Source: an uncultured virus (IMG/VR IMGVR_UViG_3300005326_000004)
Taxonomy: Duplodnaviria; Heunggongvirae; Uroviricota; Caudoviricetes
Length of the DNA: 64,000 nucleotides
Virus record (IMG/VR): IMGVR_UViG_3300005326_000004
Strand: one strand, 5' to 3'
The notes under the pieces were generated by a model. The model ran no database searches, was not told the DNA's origin, and was given only the letters and a program-made list of their open reading frames with translations. Position numbers and translations under genes: made by a program. Positions 21,195 to 31,211 of this stretch are shown piece by piece. Positions within the stretch are counted from its first letter, which is position 1. Every line of letters starts with the position of its first letter.

Positions 21195-22640
21195 TTAGTA
21201 ACTCCCTCGCATAACCCCATTCATAATACCACGCCTTGCAGAAGAATGTACCCATCCGGTACTTGCAGCATGATACGTTACTACCAATTTGGGAATGTAC
21301 CCAACACCTTGCTCAGCAGTATAGCCTTGTGTGTAGCAATAACTACCACTTTTGTATGACGGGGTAGTTCCCCCCACATCATATTGAGTGTTTCTCCAAC
21401 CAATCTTTGTAATCGTAGCACCATCAGTGGGGATAGCTGCTAAACCGGTTGCATTCAAAGCCCAATTATTAAATCCAGTGGTACTATAACTTGCATACGT
21501 TACGGCAGTATCACAATACGCAGTCGTACCATATGCATCATAATCTCCCATTGCTATAGTTGTATTCGAGGCGGGAGCCCAGGAGAAAATGTTGGACGCT
21601 GGATTGTTCTTCGTGGTTGTTTGATCATACTTGGCTTGTCCATATACGGAAACGGTTGCACTATCAATAATCATACCACTCAACGTGGCTGCTGTATTGA
21701 ACGTTGCACCACCACGCCAAAGCTGACTGAACCGTGTAGTAGTAGTTCCACATTGGAAACCCCCGGTATGAAAATATATACTATCGGAATCCCCATATGT
21801 TCCAGCCCCTGCTAATAACGTAGCCCATGTGCTATTAGCAGCTTCATGCAATGTAAACCCATCTACACTACTTGTTTCTGCATGAGCATCCGGATTGAAT
21901 GTATGGGGGGAATCCCCGATCATTACCGGAAATGTTGCATTAGCCCAACTACTCTTACTTATGAACTCTACATTCTTTGTAGTTGTATCAACGGGAAAAC
22001 GATTATGACCAATGGATGAATCGTACGCATGTCCGAGTACCAATGGCATTGTTCCTGATGTTTGATACGCAATGTAACAATCCCATCTTACCGCTTGGGG
22101 GAATATCCATGTACCCCGTATTCTACCATTTACAATACGGATACGATGAGTACATACCGTTGAATACTGAAAGTCGATTACATTATCCGTCATATTGAAA
22201 TTGGTAGGGTCAATGGAATAATGCGTATACCCCGTGCATTTTATCGGGGATGAATTCACATACAAAGTAGGAACAACGTGCAATTCATCACCCGCCAAAC
22301 GTCCATCAGGTTGATCATTGAGACAGGATATATGCATCTCACCCGTATTTGTAACATACCCTTCAAACAGATTGTTCTTGATGTTGTATACACCATTTGA
22401 CAATTGTTCGAAACCAGGCACAATCAATGTACCATCAGTTACCCTTGCTCCCGGTAATCCATTGATACATGCAATCTTGGTATTCGATTGCAGATCAGTG
22501 TACACCTTTGCAAAGGGTGCTGCTTTGTCATAATCCTTGGTGAATTCCACATAGGATGTATCAATACCCACATTGCTCAATTCATTTAACACAAGTGGGT
22601 CTGTTACCATCTTATCCGGGTCTGTTACGGGAAGAGCCAT
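21195..22640 (-). CDS. Putative structural/carbohydrate-binding protein
   Basis: 481-aa ORF rich in Thr, Gly and aromatic residues. Confidence 0.5.
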   Translation of the reverse strand: MALPVTDPDKMVTDPLVLNELSNVGIDTSYVEFTKDYDKAAPFAKVYTDLQSNTKIACINGLPGARVTDGTLIVPGFEQLSNGVYNIKNNLFEGYVTNTGEMHISCLNDQPDGRLAGDELHVVPTLYVNSSPIKCTGYTHYSIDPTNFNMTDNVIDFQYSTVCTHRIRIVNGRIRGTWIFPQAVRWDCYIAYQTSGTMPLVLGHAYDSSIGHNRFPVDTTTKNVEFISKSSWANATFPVMIGDSPHTFNPDAHAETSSVDGFTLHEAANSTWATLLAGAGTYGDSDSIYFHTGGFQCGTTTTRFSQLWRGGATFNTAATLSGMIIDSATVSVYGQAKYDQTTTKNNPASNIFSWAPASNTTIAMGDYDAYGTTAYCDTAVTYASYSTTGFNNWALNATGLAAIPTDGATITKIGWRNTQYDVGGTTPSYKSGSYCYTQGYTAEQGVGYIPKLVVTYHAASTGWVHSSARRGIMNGVMRGSY

Positions 22641-23051
22641 TTAATCCTCGGTAATTGACAAGTCACCTATGGCGAATTCAGGGCGTACATTCGTGGACAC
22701 AGCCAAAGGAGTGGTAAGAGCACCTGAATAGATGATCTGTCCCGCACCAGTATCAGTCGTACCAACCGCTACATGGGTAATCGTTTCAGTACCACTTGCG
22801 GCAGTTGGGAATTGTATCAACGCAGCATTGGTAGCAGCATTACCTGTTACGGTCCATCCCGCAGCAGAACGTACAACCGCTTGCCGTGCGTACGAGCCGT
22901 ACGTTGCTTCACTGGTAGTCTGACTACCGGCTTCCCCAGGATCGGCAGTATGCAATGATACATAAAAATTGGTCAACGGCAACCATGCAAATGCAGTTGT
23001 CTGAAACACAAACTTCATTACATCATTCTCAAATGTATTACCTTTACTCAT
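22641..23051 (-). CDS. Small fibre-associated structural protein
   Basis: YVSLHTADPGEAG...YARQAV...FPTA...ITHVAV motif common in phage structural genes. Confidence 0.6.
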   Translation of the reverse strand: MSKGNTFENDVMKFVFQTTAFAWLPLTNFYVSLHTADPGEAGSQTTSEATYGSYARQAVVRSAAGWTVTGNAATNAALIQFPTAASGTETITHVAVGTTDTGAGQIIYSGALTTPLAVSTNVRPEFAIGDLSITED

Positions 23052-24639
23052 TGTCCTCAACCTCCTTTATTTCTTTGATCAATCCGGTAACATTATCCCG
23101 AATAGGAATCTTTTTCATTCTCTTTACAGCAGGAACAATTACGTTTACTGTAGGGGTTTCCACATTGATTGGATTAGCAGGAACATTCACAGTAACCGTA
23201 TATGGTTCTGTTGCGTTCATCCGTTTCACCGGTTCAAACAATTCAGGCATCTTGACCGGGGGTGCTGTTTCACCGGGGAATGGACCAAGTGTATTCTGTG
23301 GTTCTTCGGGCATCGGATTGAACATGTCCTCAACGGGAACCAGGGAAGACAACATAACATACGCTTCACCAAATTCATCTTCCTTAATATCTTCTTCTCC
23401 CAATTCCCCCAACACCTGATTACGGTTGTATATCCCATGTTCAAACAAGGATAGCAAACGTTCTGTTTTGGCTTTGGGGTCTTCTTCCAATGCAGCAATA
23501 TGGTCCGTATCAAAACGAAATTCATACGTAGGTTTGACCTTACGCAACAATCCACGGATGATACCACCGGACAATGTTCTCAACTTGGGGGGAATGGCAA
23601 CATTCCAGAATATCTTGATCTGCTCAACGGTATTGGCGTAATTGGCAAATTCAAATAACCCAACCAATGCCGGGGATACACCCGATGAACCAAGTACACG
23701 CTCACGTAGGGATTTCTCCAATTCCCTATAATGCATATCCTGTACTGCTTCGGTCAATGTGCTTATATCCAAACCATCACCAAGAATAACTGGCTTACGT
23801 GACTTACGTGGTCCTTGGAATGCTTCTTGCCATTTACGTTTGATACGCTCCGCATCCAGATCAGTCAAAGAACGCACACCCCTGGTAGGATCAGCATTGT
23901 GTTTCAATATCACATCGGGTCTTGCTTCATTCTCCAGAAATGACTTGGTGTACTGTTCCCGGTTCAATTCCGTGATCACCGTATTCTGTAATGCTTTGAT
24001 GGTCCCTTGTCCATAAAACGGGGAAGAAGGATTGGCGTACTTGAAATGGATAATACGGGAAGGGTCATACGGTATCTTCTTCGCACCCGTACCAGGATCA
24101 TAGATGTACTTTTCTATCTTCTTTTCCGGATGTGATACACAATACATCTTTTCCGATTCCAACACGTACAATCCAACAGGTATACCATCAGTCCCATCTT
24201 CGGACAATTCCCAATATGCATTTCCCGTGGTTTCCAAATAGATCATAGTCAATTCTATAATATCGGACCATGAATCAAATGGATTGGGATTCATGAGCAA
24301 TTGGCGTAAGGGATGCTGAATATCTAATTCGGTTTCGGTATCCCCTTCTACTTCGTATATACTCCATGACAATGAAGACACGGATGTGGCAATATTCCAG
24401 AATGCGGTATATATCCACGGTACGGCTCCATACGTACGGATGAAAGAAGCATAATCTGCTTCATGCGGTACGTACCCCGTGCCTTTCAATTCTTCATTGA
24501 TAGGTACCCAGGTTTGGGATTTTTCAATGGACTGGGAAGGAGTACCATCATATGAAATATATGGTACTTCATTAAAAGGGATATTGATTCCGTGGCTGTC
24601 CCCTATTTGTTTGACTATGTCGAGAAGTCCCATCCTCAA
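23044..24639 (-). CDS. Portal protein (HK97 family)
   Basis: LLMNPNPF, TGNAYW, IIHFK..NP..PFYG and GVSPALVG motifs; follows the terminase. Confidence 0.92.
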   Translation of the reverse strand: MRMGLLDIVKQIGDSHGINIPFNEVPYISYDGTPSQSIEKSQTWVPINEELKGTGYVPHEADYASFIRTYGAVPWIYTAFWNIATSVSSLSWSIYEVEGDTETELDIQHPLRQLLMNPNPFDSWSDIIELTMIYLETTGNAYWELSEDGTDGIPVGLYVLESEKMYCVSHPEKKIEKYIYDPGTGAKKIPYDPSRIIHFKYANPSSPFYGQGTIKALQNTVITELNREQYTKSFLENEARPDVILKHNADPTRGVRSLTDLDAERIKRKWQEAFQGPRKSRKPVILGDGLDISTLTEAVQDMHYRELEKSLRERVLGSSGVSPALVGLFEFANYANTVEQIKIFWNVAIPPKLRTLSGGIIRGLLRKVKPTYEFRFDTDHIAALEEDPKAKTERLLSLFEHGIYNRNQVLGELGEEDIKEDEFGEAYVMLSSLVPVEDMFNPMPEEPQNTLGPFPGETAPPVKMPELFEPVKRMNATEPYTVTVNVPANPINVETPTVNVIVPAVKRMKKIPIRDNVTGLIKEIKEVEDNE

Positions 24640-24648
24640 TATCCCCTT

Positions 24649-24807
24649 TTATTCTTCCATCGCTTCCGTATCAAATGCACCATCATTATAATTGTTGCAA
24701 TCCCCACACGTACGGTTTATACAATACTTACATGGGTTCTGTTTACATTCCTGAATGAACGCTTCCATGTATTCCTGTATATCGGGGGGAACCGGTTCAT
24801 AATACAT
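24649..24807 (-). CDS. Small Cys-rich hypothetical protein
   Basis: My translation MYYEPVPPDIQEYMEAFIQECKQNPCKYCINRTCGDC... Confidence 0.4.
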   Translation of the reverse strand: MYYEPVPPDIQEYMEAFIQECKQNPCKYCINRTCGDCNNYNDGAFDTEAMEE

Positions 24808-24814
24808 GGTTGTT

Positions 24815-25054
24815 TTATCCAAAGTATATTTTCATGTTGATCACGTTCATAAGGATATTGGCAAAAATAAAAGCCATAGTCAGAACGACTACAGCTATCA
24901 TACCAATAATCCATGCAACACCATGATACCAAATCACCCTACCAATAAGATCAGCTTGCGGTGCTCTTTTACCCACAAAGCAAAAATACATCGTTGTCAC
25001 GGTGAATACGGTATAAATCAATATGGCTATACTCAATAATAATTGTGAGAACAT
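24815..25054 (-). CDS. Small membrane protein (two hydrophobic segments)
   Basis: Hydrophobic stretches. Confidence 0.5.
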   Translation of the reverse strand: MFSQLLLSIAILIYTVFTVTTMYFCFVGKRAPQADLIGRVIWYHGVAWIIGMIAVVVLTMAFIFANILMNVINMKIYFG

Positions 25055-25142
25055 TTATTCCTGTGTCCTTATTACGATGATTATATCACGTTCATCAACG
25101 GTAACTTCCAAGTATTCCGGTGAATTGGGGTCTTCCCATACT

Positions 25143-25343
25143 TCATGATTCACCATATACATGTACATAATCTACATTCCCTATATCAAACGGATAAAAC
25201 AATGAATCCCAATCTATCTCTACTACTTGGCTTCCACATACCGGACAGGTGGGTATTTCTGTTTCTTCGTGCTTACGTTCCCGTGTTGATAACCAACCAC
25301 ATTTATTTGATTCACAAAAGTAAATCTTTTCCATGTCAATCAT
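25143..25343 (-). CDS. Small zinc-ribbon protein
   Basis: CESNKC...CPVCG. Confidence 0.55.
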   Translation of the reverse strand: MIDMEKIYFCESNKCGWLSTRERKHEETEIPTCPVCGSQVVEIDWDSLFYPFDIGNVDYVHVYGES

Positions 25344-25472
25344 ACATCCTGGGGAATCGTTTTCTTTCGTACGCTGCTATGTCACTGATCAACGTATCAT
25401 CAATTTCCAATTCTTGTTCAAAGCATTTATTCAATTCATCCAACGCAGCATCGTATTCTTCATCATTGTTTA

Positions 25473-26867
25473 TCATAGGATCCTACCGGAGGAAGTATTC
25501 AACATTGCCACAACGCCACTGGTTGCATCCACTTGATCATCATGAGCGCCTTTGTCGAATTTACACATTTCATCAATGTAATCATCTACCCAAAGACCAT
25601 TCTCAATATACAACTTACCAGTTTCACCCTTTGCTGCTACGGGTAATGCTCGTATCCGTTTATCCGTATTCACGGGAATACCCACAATACCCAAACCCGC
25701 TAAATCTTCATCCTTGTACATTTCCTGGACCATGCCCTTTTGTGTGCCTACCGATTCAATACCCACTAATGCACATTGTTCTGCTATTGTGGTTGTTTTA
25801 ATCTTTTTACGCACATCAGGCCATTCCCAACGTCCACGAATCATGTCTTTCAGGAATATGTTTCCTTCACTGTCCTTTGCTGCTTTCAATGATGCTGTGT
25901 AATCCGCTGATACCTTTGTTGATGTTGCCAAATCCCAAAAACGGAAGTATGGTAAATGTTCAGGGGCTTTGGGAATAACTTGGAAATACGAACGCTTGAA
26001 CAATGCTCCTTCCGGATCTATCGGTTCCCCTTGGTATAATGCGGAAAAATCATATGAGCCCAAATTTATCTTTTGAGCAAGGAGCATGTCTGCTGAAAAC
26101 TTATCAGGCCATAATGCAATACCCGGTTCACGTCCTAATACATCATCCTCTTCTGCTAAACCGGCTAACTTGATATACCGGAATTTGGGGAATGCATGTT
26201 TCAACAAATAACCCGTTAAATCTTCTTCATGCCAACGAGTCATCATTACTATAACAATGGCGTCTTTGTGCAAACGGGTAGACAACGTTGTCTTCCATGC
26301 GTCAATTTGCTTTTCCCGTATAACGGATGATTCTGCTTCTTCCCGGTTTTTCAAAGGATCATCAATAATCAACAGATCTGATGGCTTACCGGTAATACGT
26401 CCCATTATACCGGCAGCATGGAATTCACCGGAATATGGATATGCTAATTCCCAATGCTCAACTGCTTTACTATCCCGTGCTAATTCAACCCCTGGGAATA
26501 TATGCTTGTATTCCCGTGTATCAACGATATTCCTTACAAACCGGGAAAACGATTGAGCATGACTATCCCCATACGATACCTCAATAATATGCTTGTCCGG
26601 GAATTTACCACGATACCATGCCGGGAATATTTTAGAGCAGTAAAGGGACTTACCATGCTGGGGAGGTGCATGGAAAGCCAACCGGTTCCATCCAGATTCA
26701 CCATTTACTGCTCTCTCCAAGCATTCACTTATGTACAAGTGATGCTGTGTGACTTCAAAGGAGGGATAAACATAACGGGCGAAATTCGCCAAATGCCTAC
26801 GGCAAATTTCCCGTTCTGCTTTAACTGTCAGTGCTTGATTCTTTGTCACAGTTAGCAATGATTGCAT
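25473..26867 (-). CDS. terL: Terminase large subunit
   Basis: Walker A APPQHGKS, LLIIDDP, TRWHEED, WDLA and HDDQVDA motifs. Confidence 0.95.
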   Translation of the reverse strand: MQSLLTVTKNQALTVKAEREICRRHLANFARYVYPSFEVTQHHLYISECLERAVNGESGWNRLAFHAPPQHGKSLYCSKIFPAWYRGKFPDKHIIEVSYGDSHAQSFSRFVRNIVDTREYKHIFPGVELARDSKAVEHWELAYPYSGEFHAAGIMGRITGKPSDLLIIDDPLKNREEAESSVIREKQIDAWKTTLSTRLHKDAIVIVMMTRWHEEDLTGYLLKHAFPKFRYIKLAGLAEEDDVLGREPGIALWPDKFSADMLLAQKINLGSYDFSALYQGEPIDPEGALFKRSYFQVIPKAPEHLPYFRFWDLATSTKVSADYTASLKAAKDSEGNIFLKDMIRGRWEWPDVRKKIKTTTIAEQCALVGIESVGTQKGMVQEMYKDEDLAGLGIVGIPVNTDKRIRALPVAAKGETGKLYIENGLWVDDYIDEMCKFDKGAHDDQVDATSGVVAMLNTSSGRIL

Positions 26868-27267
26868 TAAGCTCCTCGTCCGTACAATTACTTAAATCAT
26901 ACAGACTGTGATCAATATATCCTGTATGATTCATATCCACCGTTTGCTTATCCAAACCTTTCCATTTACCAATCAGTGTAAGTGTATTCAATTGTATTGA
27001 CAATGCATCCACTTCACGTTCGTTAACTACTCTACCCTCATGTTGGAAAAATTTGGTTTCTTTGGCATTGAGTAGGTCTTTGGCTTTTTTGGCGAGACAA
27101 TCCTCGGTGAGTCCTTGTCGCTCCAAAGCCTCTTGCATGGCTTGAATTACATGGGGCCTTTTTAATGTACGGTCAGCATTACGCTCCGTGCATTTCTCAA
27201 TGTTCCCATTTTCCAAATATTCGTTCAAAGTTCTGCGCTCTTTTATTGTTAATTTCCGATTTACCAT
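26821..27267 (-). CDS. terS: Terminase small subunit (putative)
   Basis: Overlaps the terL start; DLSNCTDEEL-type C-terminus. Start moved to the ATG at 27267. Confidence 0.7.
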   Translation of the reverse strand: MVNRKLTIKERRTLNEYLENGNIEKCTERNADRTLKRPHVIQAMQEALERQGLTEDCLAKKAKDLLNAKETKFFQHEGRVVNEREVDALSIQLNTLTLIGKWKGLDKQTVDMNHTGYIDHSLYDLSNCTDEELNAIIANCDKESSTDS

Positions 27268-27374
27268 AGGACATACCTTTTGCTTACAATCCACCCGCTT
27301 TTGTACATATAAATGTAATACATTTATGGAAAAAAACAATATACGATTTTCTATAAACAATTTTATACAAACAA

Positions 27375-27396
27375 AAACCCCCAATTAAGGGGGTTT
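27375..27396 (-). terminator. Intrinsic terminator
   Basis: AAACCCCC-AATTAA-GGGGGTTT hairpin followed by a T-rich run on the minus strand, just after the 27404 stop. Confidence 0.65.
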
Positions 27397-27403
27397 ATTT
27401 ACA

Positions 27404-27859
27404 TTATTTCTTGTACATGCTTCGCTTACAGAATGGACAAAAATACAACTTAGCCCATTCATCTTCACCATATATCAGATTTGCTTCTTTTCCCCCGGCT
27501 ACATCGGTAAGGAAATCCGCTTTTGCCAGGGTAATATCAAATACGTAATACCTTGCCAAATGGGGAGTGACATGGAATTCCTTTGCTATCGCTTGGAGAC
27601 ATTTGTTGTCCGTACGGTAATTGTGGCGTGTTTCCCAATACCGTAATTGCATACATAACCCTTGTAACTCCCGTGGTATAAACGTACCATGATCAACACG
27701 CTTCTCAATACGCTTCAATTCACATATGATGTATTCCACATCCCGGCATAATTCAAGAAGCTCTTTGTTCCTTTCTTCCGTGCGCTCATGAAAGTACGCT
27801 TCCCGTACGGATTGGTACCTACCACGATTTTCAAATTTTGATTTGTGGCATTCTTCCAT
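27404..27859 (-). CDS. Hypothetical protein
   Basis: ORF in the operon. Confidence 0.5.
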   Translation of the reverse strand: MEECHKSKFENRGRYQSVREAYFHERTEERNKELLELCRDVEYIICELKRIEKRVDHGTFIPRELQGLCMQLRYWETRHNYRTDNKCLQAIAKEFHVTPHLARYYVFDITLAKADFLTDVAGGKEANLIYGEDEWAKLYFCPFCKRSMYKK

Positions 27860-28134
27860 TGTTATGCACCCTTGTCAAAACCATTCACTCCATTCATACG
27901 TTGGTACACCTTTACGTGTCACCCGTATCTTTATACGCAATTGTGTTTCACCACAGTACTTGCAATTGTGCGTTTGTGCGTTCATCGTAACCTCCGAGTC
28001 ATCATACCAATCCTTACCCACATATATGCTATGGTACGGGACTGGCTCGGACCAGGTATGCTCATTAAACAAATGACAATTCAGATATCTACATACTGCG
28101 ACTACTTTGTACCATATAAACCAAAACAGAAACA

Positions 28135-28698
28135 TCAGAATATACCCCTTTCCATCGGAGAAAAACAATCGTGTACCCGTCCACATATATCCTTACTGCA
28201 TCTCAAATTGAAATTGGGGTAACAATCTTTGTAACGGGAATACAAATCGAGCAATAACGATTCAATGTTCTCCCTGAACAAATCATCCGTTGATCTGATT
28301 GTATCGGGAAAATTGTATGGATGTACTTCGGTACAATGAAAGTACACCGTATCATACGTTTTCATATGAACCACCGCTTGCTCATACATCTTTTCCCAAT
28401 CGAAACCACGATAACGGGTATATGCAACTGCATCCATCACAGTCCGATCACAAATAAGAATACTATCGTATGGACGTGTTCTTTTTGTGTAATCGTTTTC
28501 CCTGCGTATCTGCTCATTGAATATCCACCATTGGGAATCTTCCGTGGAATTGGTATTGATCGGGAATGGACTTTCCCGTGCGACTTCTGAAATGATGGAT
28601 ACAATACCAGATGGGTACTTCATCTTCATCTCATACGCCAACTTGTACATGGCTGTGGTTTTCCCGGTCCCTTGCGTACCACTGAATGCTATTTTCAT
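28135..28698 (-). CDS. P-loop nucleotide kinase-like (NadR/AAA_28-type) protein
   Basis: KIAFSGTQGTGKTT, EVAR and ICDRTVMD motifs. Confidence 0.75.
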   Translation of the reverse strand: MKIAFSGTQGTGKTTAMYKLAYEMKMKYPSGIVSIISEVARESPFPINTNSTEDSQWWIFNEQIRRENDYTKRTRPYDSILICDRTVMDAVAYTRYRGFDWEKMYEQAVVHMKTYDTVYFHCTEVHPYNFPDTIRSTDDLFRENIESLLLDLYSRYKDCYPNFNLRCSKDICGRVHDCFSPMERGIF

Positions 28699-28889
28699 TG
28701 TAAACCATTCCTCCTGTGTTCATCACAATAGTACTCTTCGTAGCAATTTTGAACCACGTTTGTGTTTACGTTCGTTGCGGGCTTACCACAAATACAACAC
28801 GCTAAAATGAGTAAAGAGCACGCTTTACTTTTAGGTCGTTTCAAAATGGCACTACCAGCTTTTACGTAAACAAATTCTTCTTCACTCAT

Positions 28890-29570
28890 TTAATCCTCCC
28901 AATTGATTATATCGTTGAATACCACTTTGTAATTGCTCGCAAGCATCAACGTGATTTTACGAGCCAACAGGTACATGTCTTCGGAGCAGCACTTCTTTGT
29001 ACGCTCCTTTAATATGTGCCTCCATTCACGGAAATTATGGGTAACAACCATCTCCGATTTCAAACACAACGATAATGATTGACTGGATTCTTCCCCAGTC
29101 AAACCTTCTTCCAAACCATGCAGATACCCGCGCTCATTCTCCAATAAACAACGGATGAAATGGTTTTCTTGGTCCGTGTACAGCGTGGATTCTTTGAATG
29201 TGTAATAATTGTATTCCCCCGGTTCAATATTCTTACACCATGCCGGGATAATATACGTTACGCCATCCTTATACACGTTGTAACGTCTACTTTCAATGGA
29301 ATATGCGGCTATACGGTGTCTGGTCCATTGCTGCTGTGTAATCCGGGAACACACCATATTAACTGTTATACTGGCATGCTCCAACGGGGATTCATGACCA
29401 CGAACAATCAAATTCTGTATGAATAAATGACGTTCCAGCGGACCCTTTATCTTACCCCGTGATTGATAACATGTCCTACCCGCATACTCGATCAATTCCA
29501 AAGCATCCGGAGTTGCAGAAACGATTTTTGTACTACTTTCTATGAGTTGCATTTCCTCCCCCTTCATCAA
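28890..29570 (-). CDS. thyX: Flavin-dependent thymidylate synthase
   Basis: AGRTCY, GHESPLEH, RHRIAAYSIESRRY and NFREWRH motifs. Confidence 0.92.
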   Translation of the reverse strand: MMKGEEMQLIESSTKIVSATPDALELIEYAGRTCYQSRGKIKGPLERHLFIQNLIVRGHESPLEHASITVNMVCSRITQQQWTRHRIAAYSIESRRYNVYKDGVTYIIPAWCKNIEPGEYNYYTFKESTLYTDQENHFIRCLLENERGYLHGLEEGLTGEESSQSLSLCLKSEMVVTHNFREWRHILKERTKKCCSEDMYLLARKITLMLASNYKVVFNDIINWED

Positions 29571-29859
29571 CGTACTTTATTATGTACAAGCAAAGACAAA
29601 AAATACCGAGAAGGATAAAAATAAGACCCGTGGTTAAATGATCATACGACAAAAGAAAACCCGTTATGTAACAAAACAACGTGGTAATCAGAAATAGTAA
29701 TTTTTTCATCGTATCCTCAATGACAAACCAAACCCATAATACCAATACCCATAACCAACACAAACAGACCAAGAATCATCATGAAACAACCGGAAAACAC
29801 CCGTAACAAAATCGTACCAATCTTTGAATTCATTGTAACCTCATTGTAAATTGTTTTTA

Positions 29860-29958
29860 ATACCTGCCTTCGCAGTCAGGGATAAACCCCTCTGTTCATC
29901 GGCAGGTATCGCACCAGAGAGACCAGTGGAGTATTCCGCGCCCTCCACCAAGGCGCTT
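29860..29958 (-). ncRNA. Candidate structured RNA (H-type pseudoknot plus long hairpin)
   Basis: GCGCC/GGCGC stem whose loop GTGGAG can pair with the downstream CTCCAC; then an ATACCTGCC/GGCAGGTAT stem with internal loops. Confidence 0.4.
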
Positions 29959-29963
29959 ATTCG

Positions 29964-30167
29964 TTACTCCCCGTTTTGTGTTTCACCTTCAACCATTTCA
30001 TCTATGTAATCAGCCATACGTTCTTCCAAGGCAAGCATTGCGATATGCTCATCTTCCCCTTTGTTCAAATCACGTTCCATACCAAGGTCAATACGAAGTG
30101 ATTCATAATTTCCAAGGTTGACCGTGCGTCCCAAGACAACTTTGATTCGTGTACCAGCCATGATCAA
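29964..30167 (-). CDS. Small hypothetical phage protein
   Basis: LGRTVNLGNYESLRID; tightly packed. Confidence 0.6.
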   Translation of the reverse strand: MIMAGTRIKVVLGRTVNLGNYESLRIDLGMERDLNKGEDEHIAMLALEERMADYIDEMVEGETQNGE

Positions 30168-30670
30168 TAACCCTCACATAATTTCAATGCGTTGTAAAAA
30201 ATACTATCATCCAATGCCATAGGCATCAGCCATTTCAAATTAGGAACCAACTCCTTACATTTCAATATACGATTGTACAATGTAAGTGTGGTGAACCCTT
30301 CATCCGTTTCAAACAAACCCATATCGAACGATTCAAAATGTTTACTCAAAACGTGACCAGGTAAAAATGCTTTGTAAAAGTATACGACATACCCAGTCCC
30401 ATACATAACAGTAAACAACTTCCATTCCGTTGACGGAACTTCCAATCCGGTCTCTTCTTTGAATTCACGAGCCATCGCCATTTCATGCTGCTGGCTTACC
30501 CGTTCAGCATCTTCAACTTTACCACCTACCCCGTTGATGTATCCACCGCACCAACTTGGCTGCTTTCGTTTGATCAGAACAACACGTTCCCGATCAGCCG
30601 AAAAACAAAACCCACACACATATAACTTTTCATTCATTTCTATCATCGTTATCCGTACCTTCGGTATCAT
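30164..30670 (-). CDS. Nudix hydrolase
   Basis: Nudix box GGKVE...AMAREFKEETGL, with a short insertion. Confidence 0.85.
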   Translation of the reverse strand: MIPKVRITMIEMNEKLYVCGFCFSADRERVVLIKRKQPSWCGGYINGVGGKVEDAERVSQQHEMAMAREFKEETGLEVPSTEWKLFTVMYGTGYVVYFYKAFLPGHVLSKHFESFDMGLFETDEGFTTLTLYNRILKCKELVPNLKWLMPMALDDSIFYNALKLCEGY

Positions 30671-31025
30671 CCAAACATATCAACCTGGCAACCGGTTTTA
30701 TGGATGAGGTAACACTTGGATTTACCAAATATTCACTAACCTTTGACAAATCCCGAACCTCCACCACAACCAACGTATACGGGGAATTACCCGAACGCAA
30801 TACAACCACGGGAACCTTTTTCTCCCGCCTGGCTAATTCCTTCGTTCGCCTCCACAATTCAAATGCTGCATGACTCGCCCGTTTTTTCACTTCTATAAAC
30901 AATTTAGGGTGTAATGTGTCCGAACGAGTCATCTTGGAATTACCACCGGACAACGGAGTACGTTCAGTTCCAAACATCCGGGATACCAAACGCTCATCCC
31001 CTTTCCAATTCGATTTATTCCCCAT
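30630..31025 (-). CDS. Holliday junction resolvase-like PD-(D/E)xK nuclease
   Basis: ER..., SG, D and FIEVK motifs. Confidence 0.7.
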   Translation of the reverse strand: MGNKSNWKGDERLVSRMFGTERTPLSGGNSKMTRSDTLHPKLFIEVKKRASHAAFELWRRTKELARREKKVPVVVLRSGNSPYTLVVVEVRDLSKVSEYLVNPSVTSSIKPVARLICLDDTEGTDNDDRNE

Positions 31026-31211
31026 CGTTTTCAGTATCCTTTTCCTTGTGACCATCACACGTATATGTATTCATAGGGGAACTATATATCTTGAATGAGA
31101 TCACATTCAAGTACTGGGTTATGTCCCGAATATACGCTATGTGTGCGTAAACTGCCAATACAAAAAGGGCAAATAGGATAATAAAAACAATGGATGCTAT
31201 TATCAAAAACA

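Noticed and set aside
29860..29910. Possible third hammerhead (CCGAUGA...CGAA on the minus strand)
   Set aside because: The core is not CUGANGA/GAAA and there is no third stem or NUH site.
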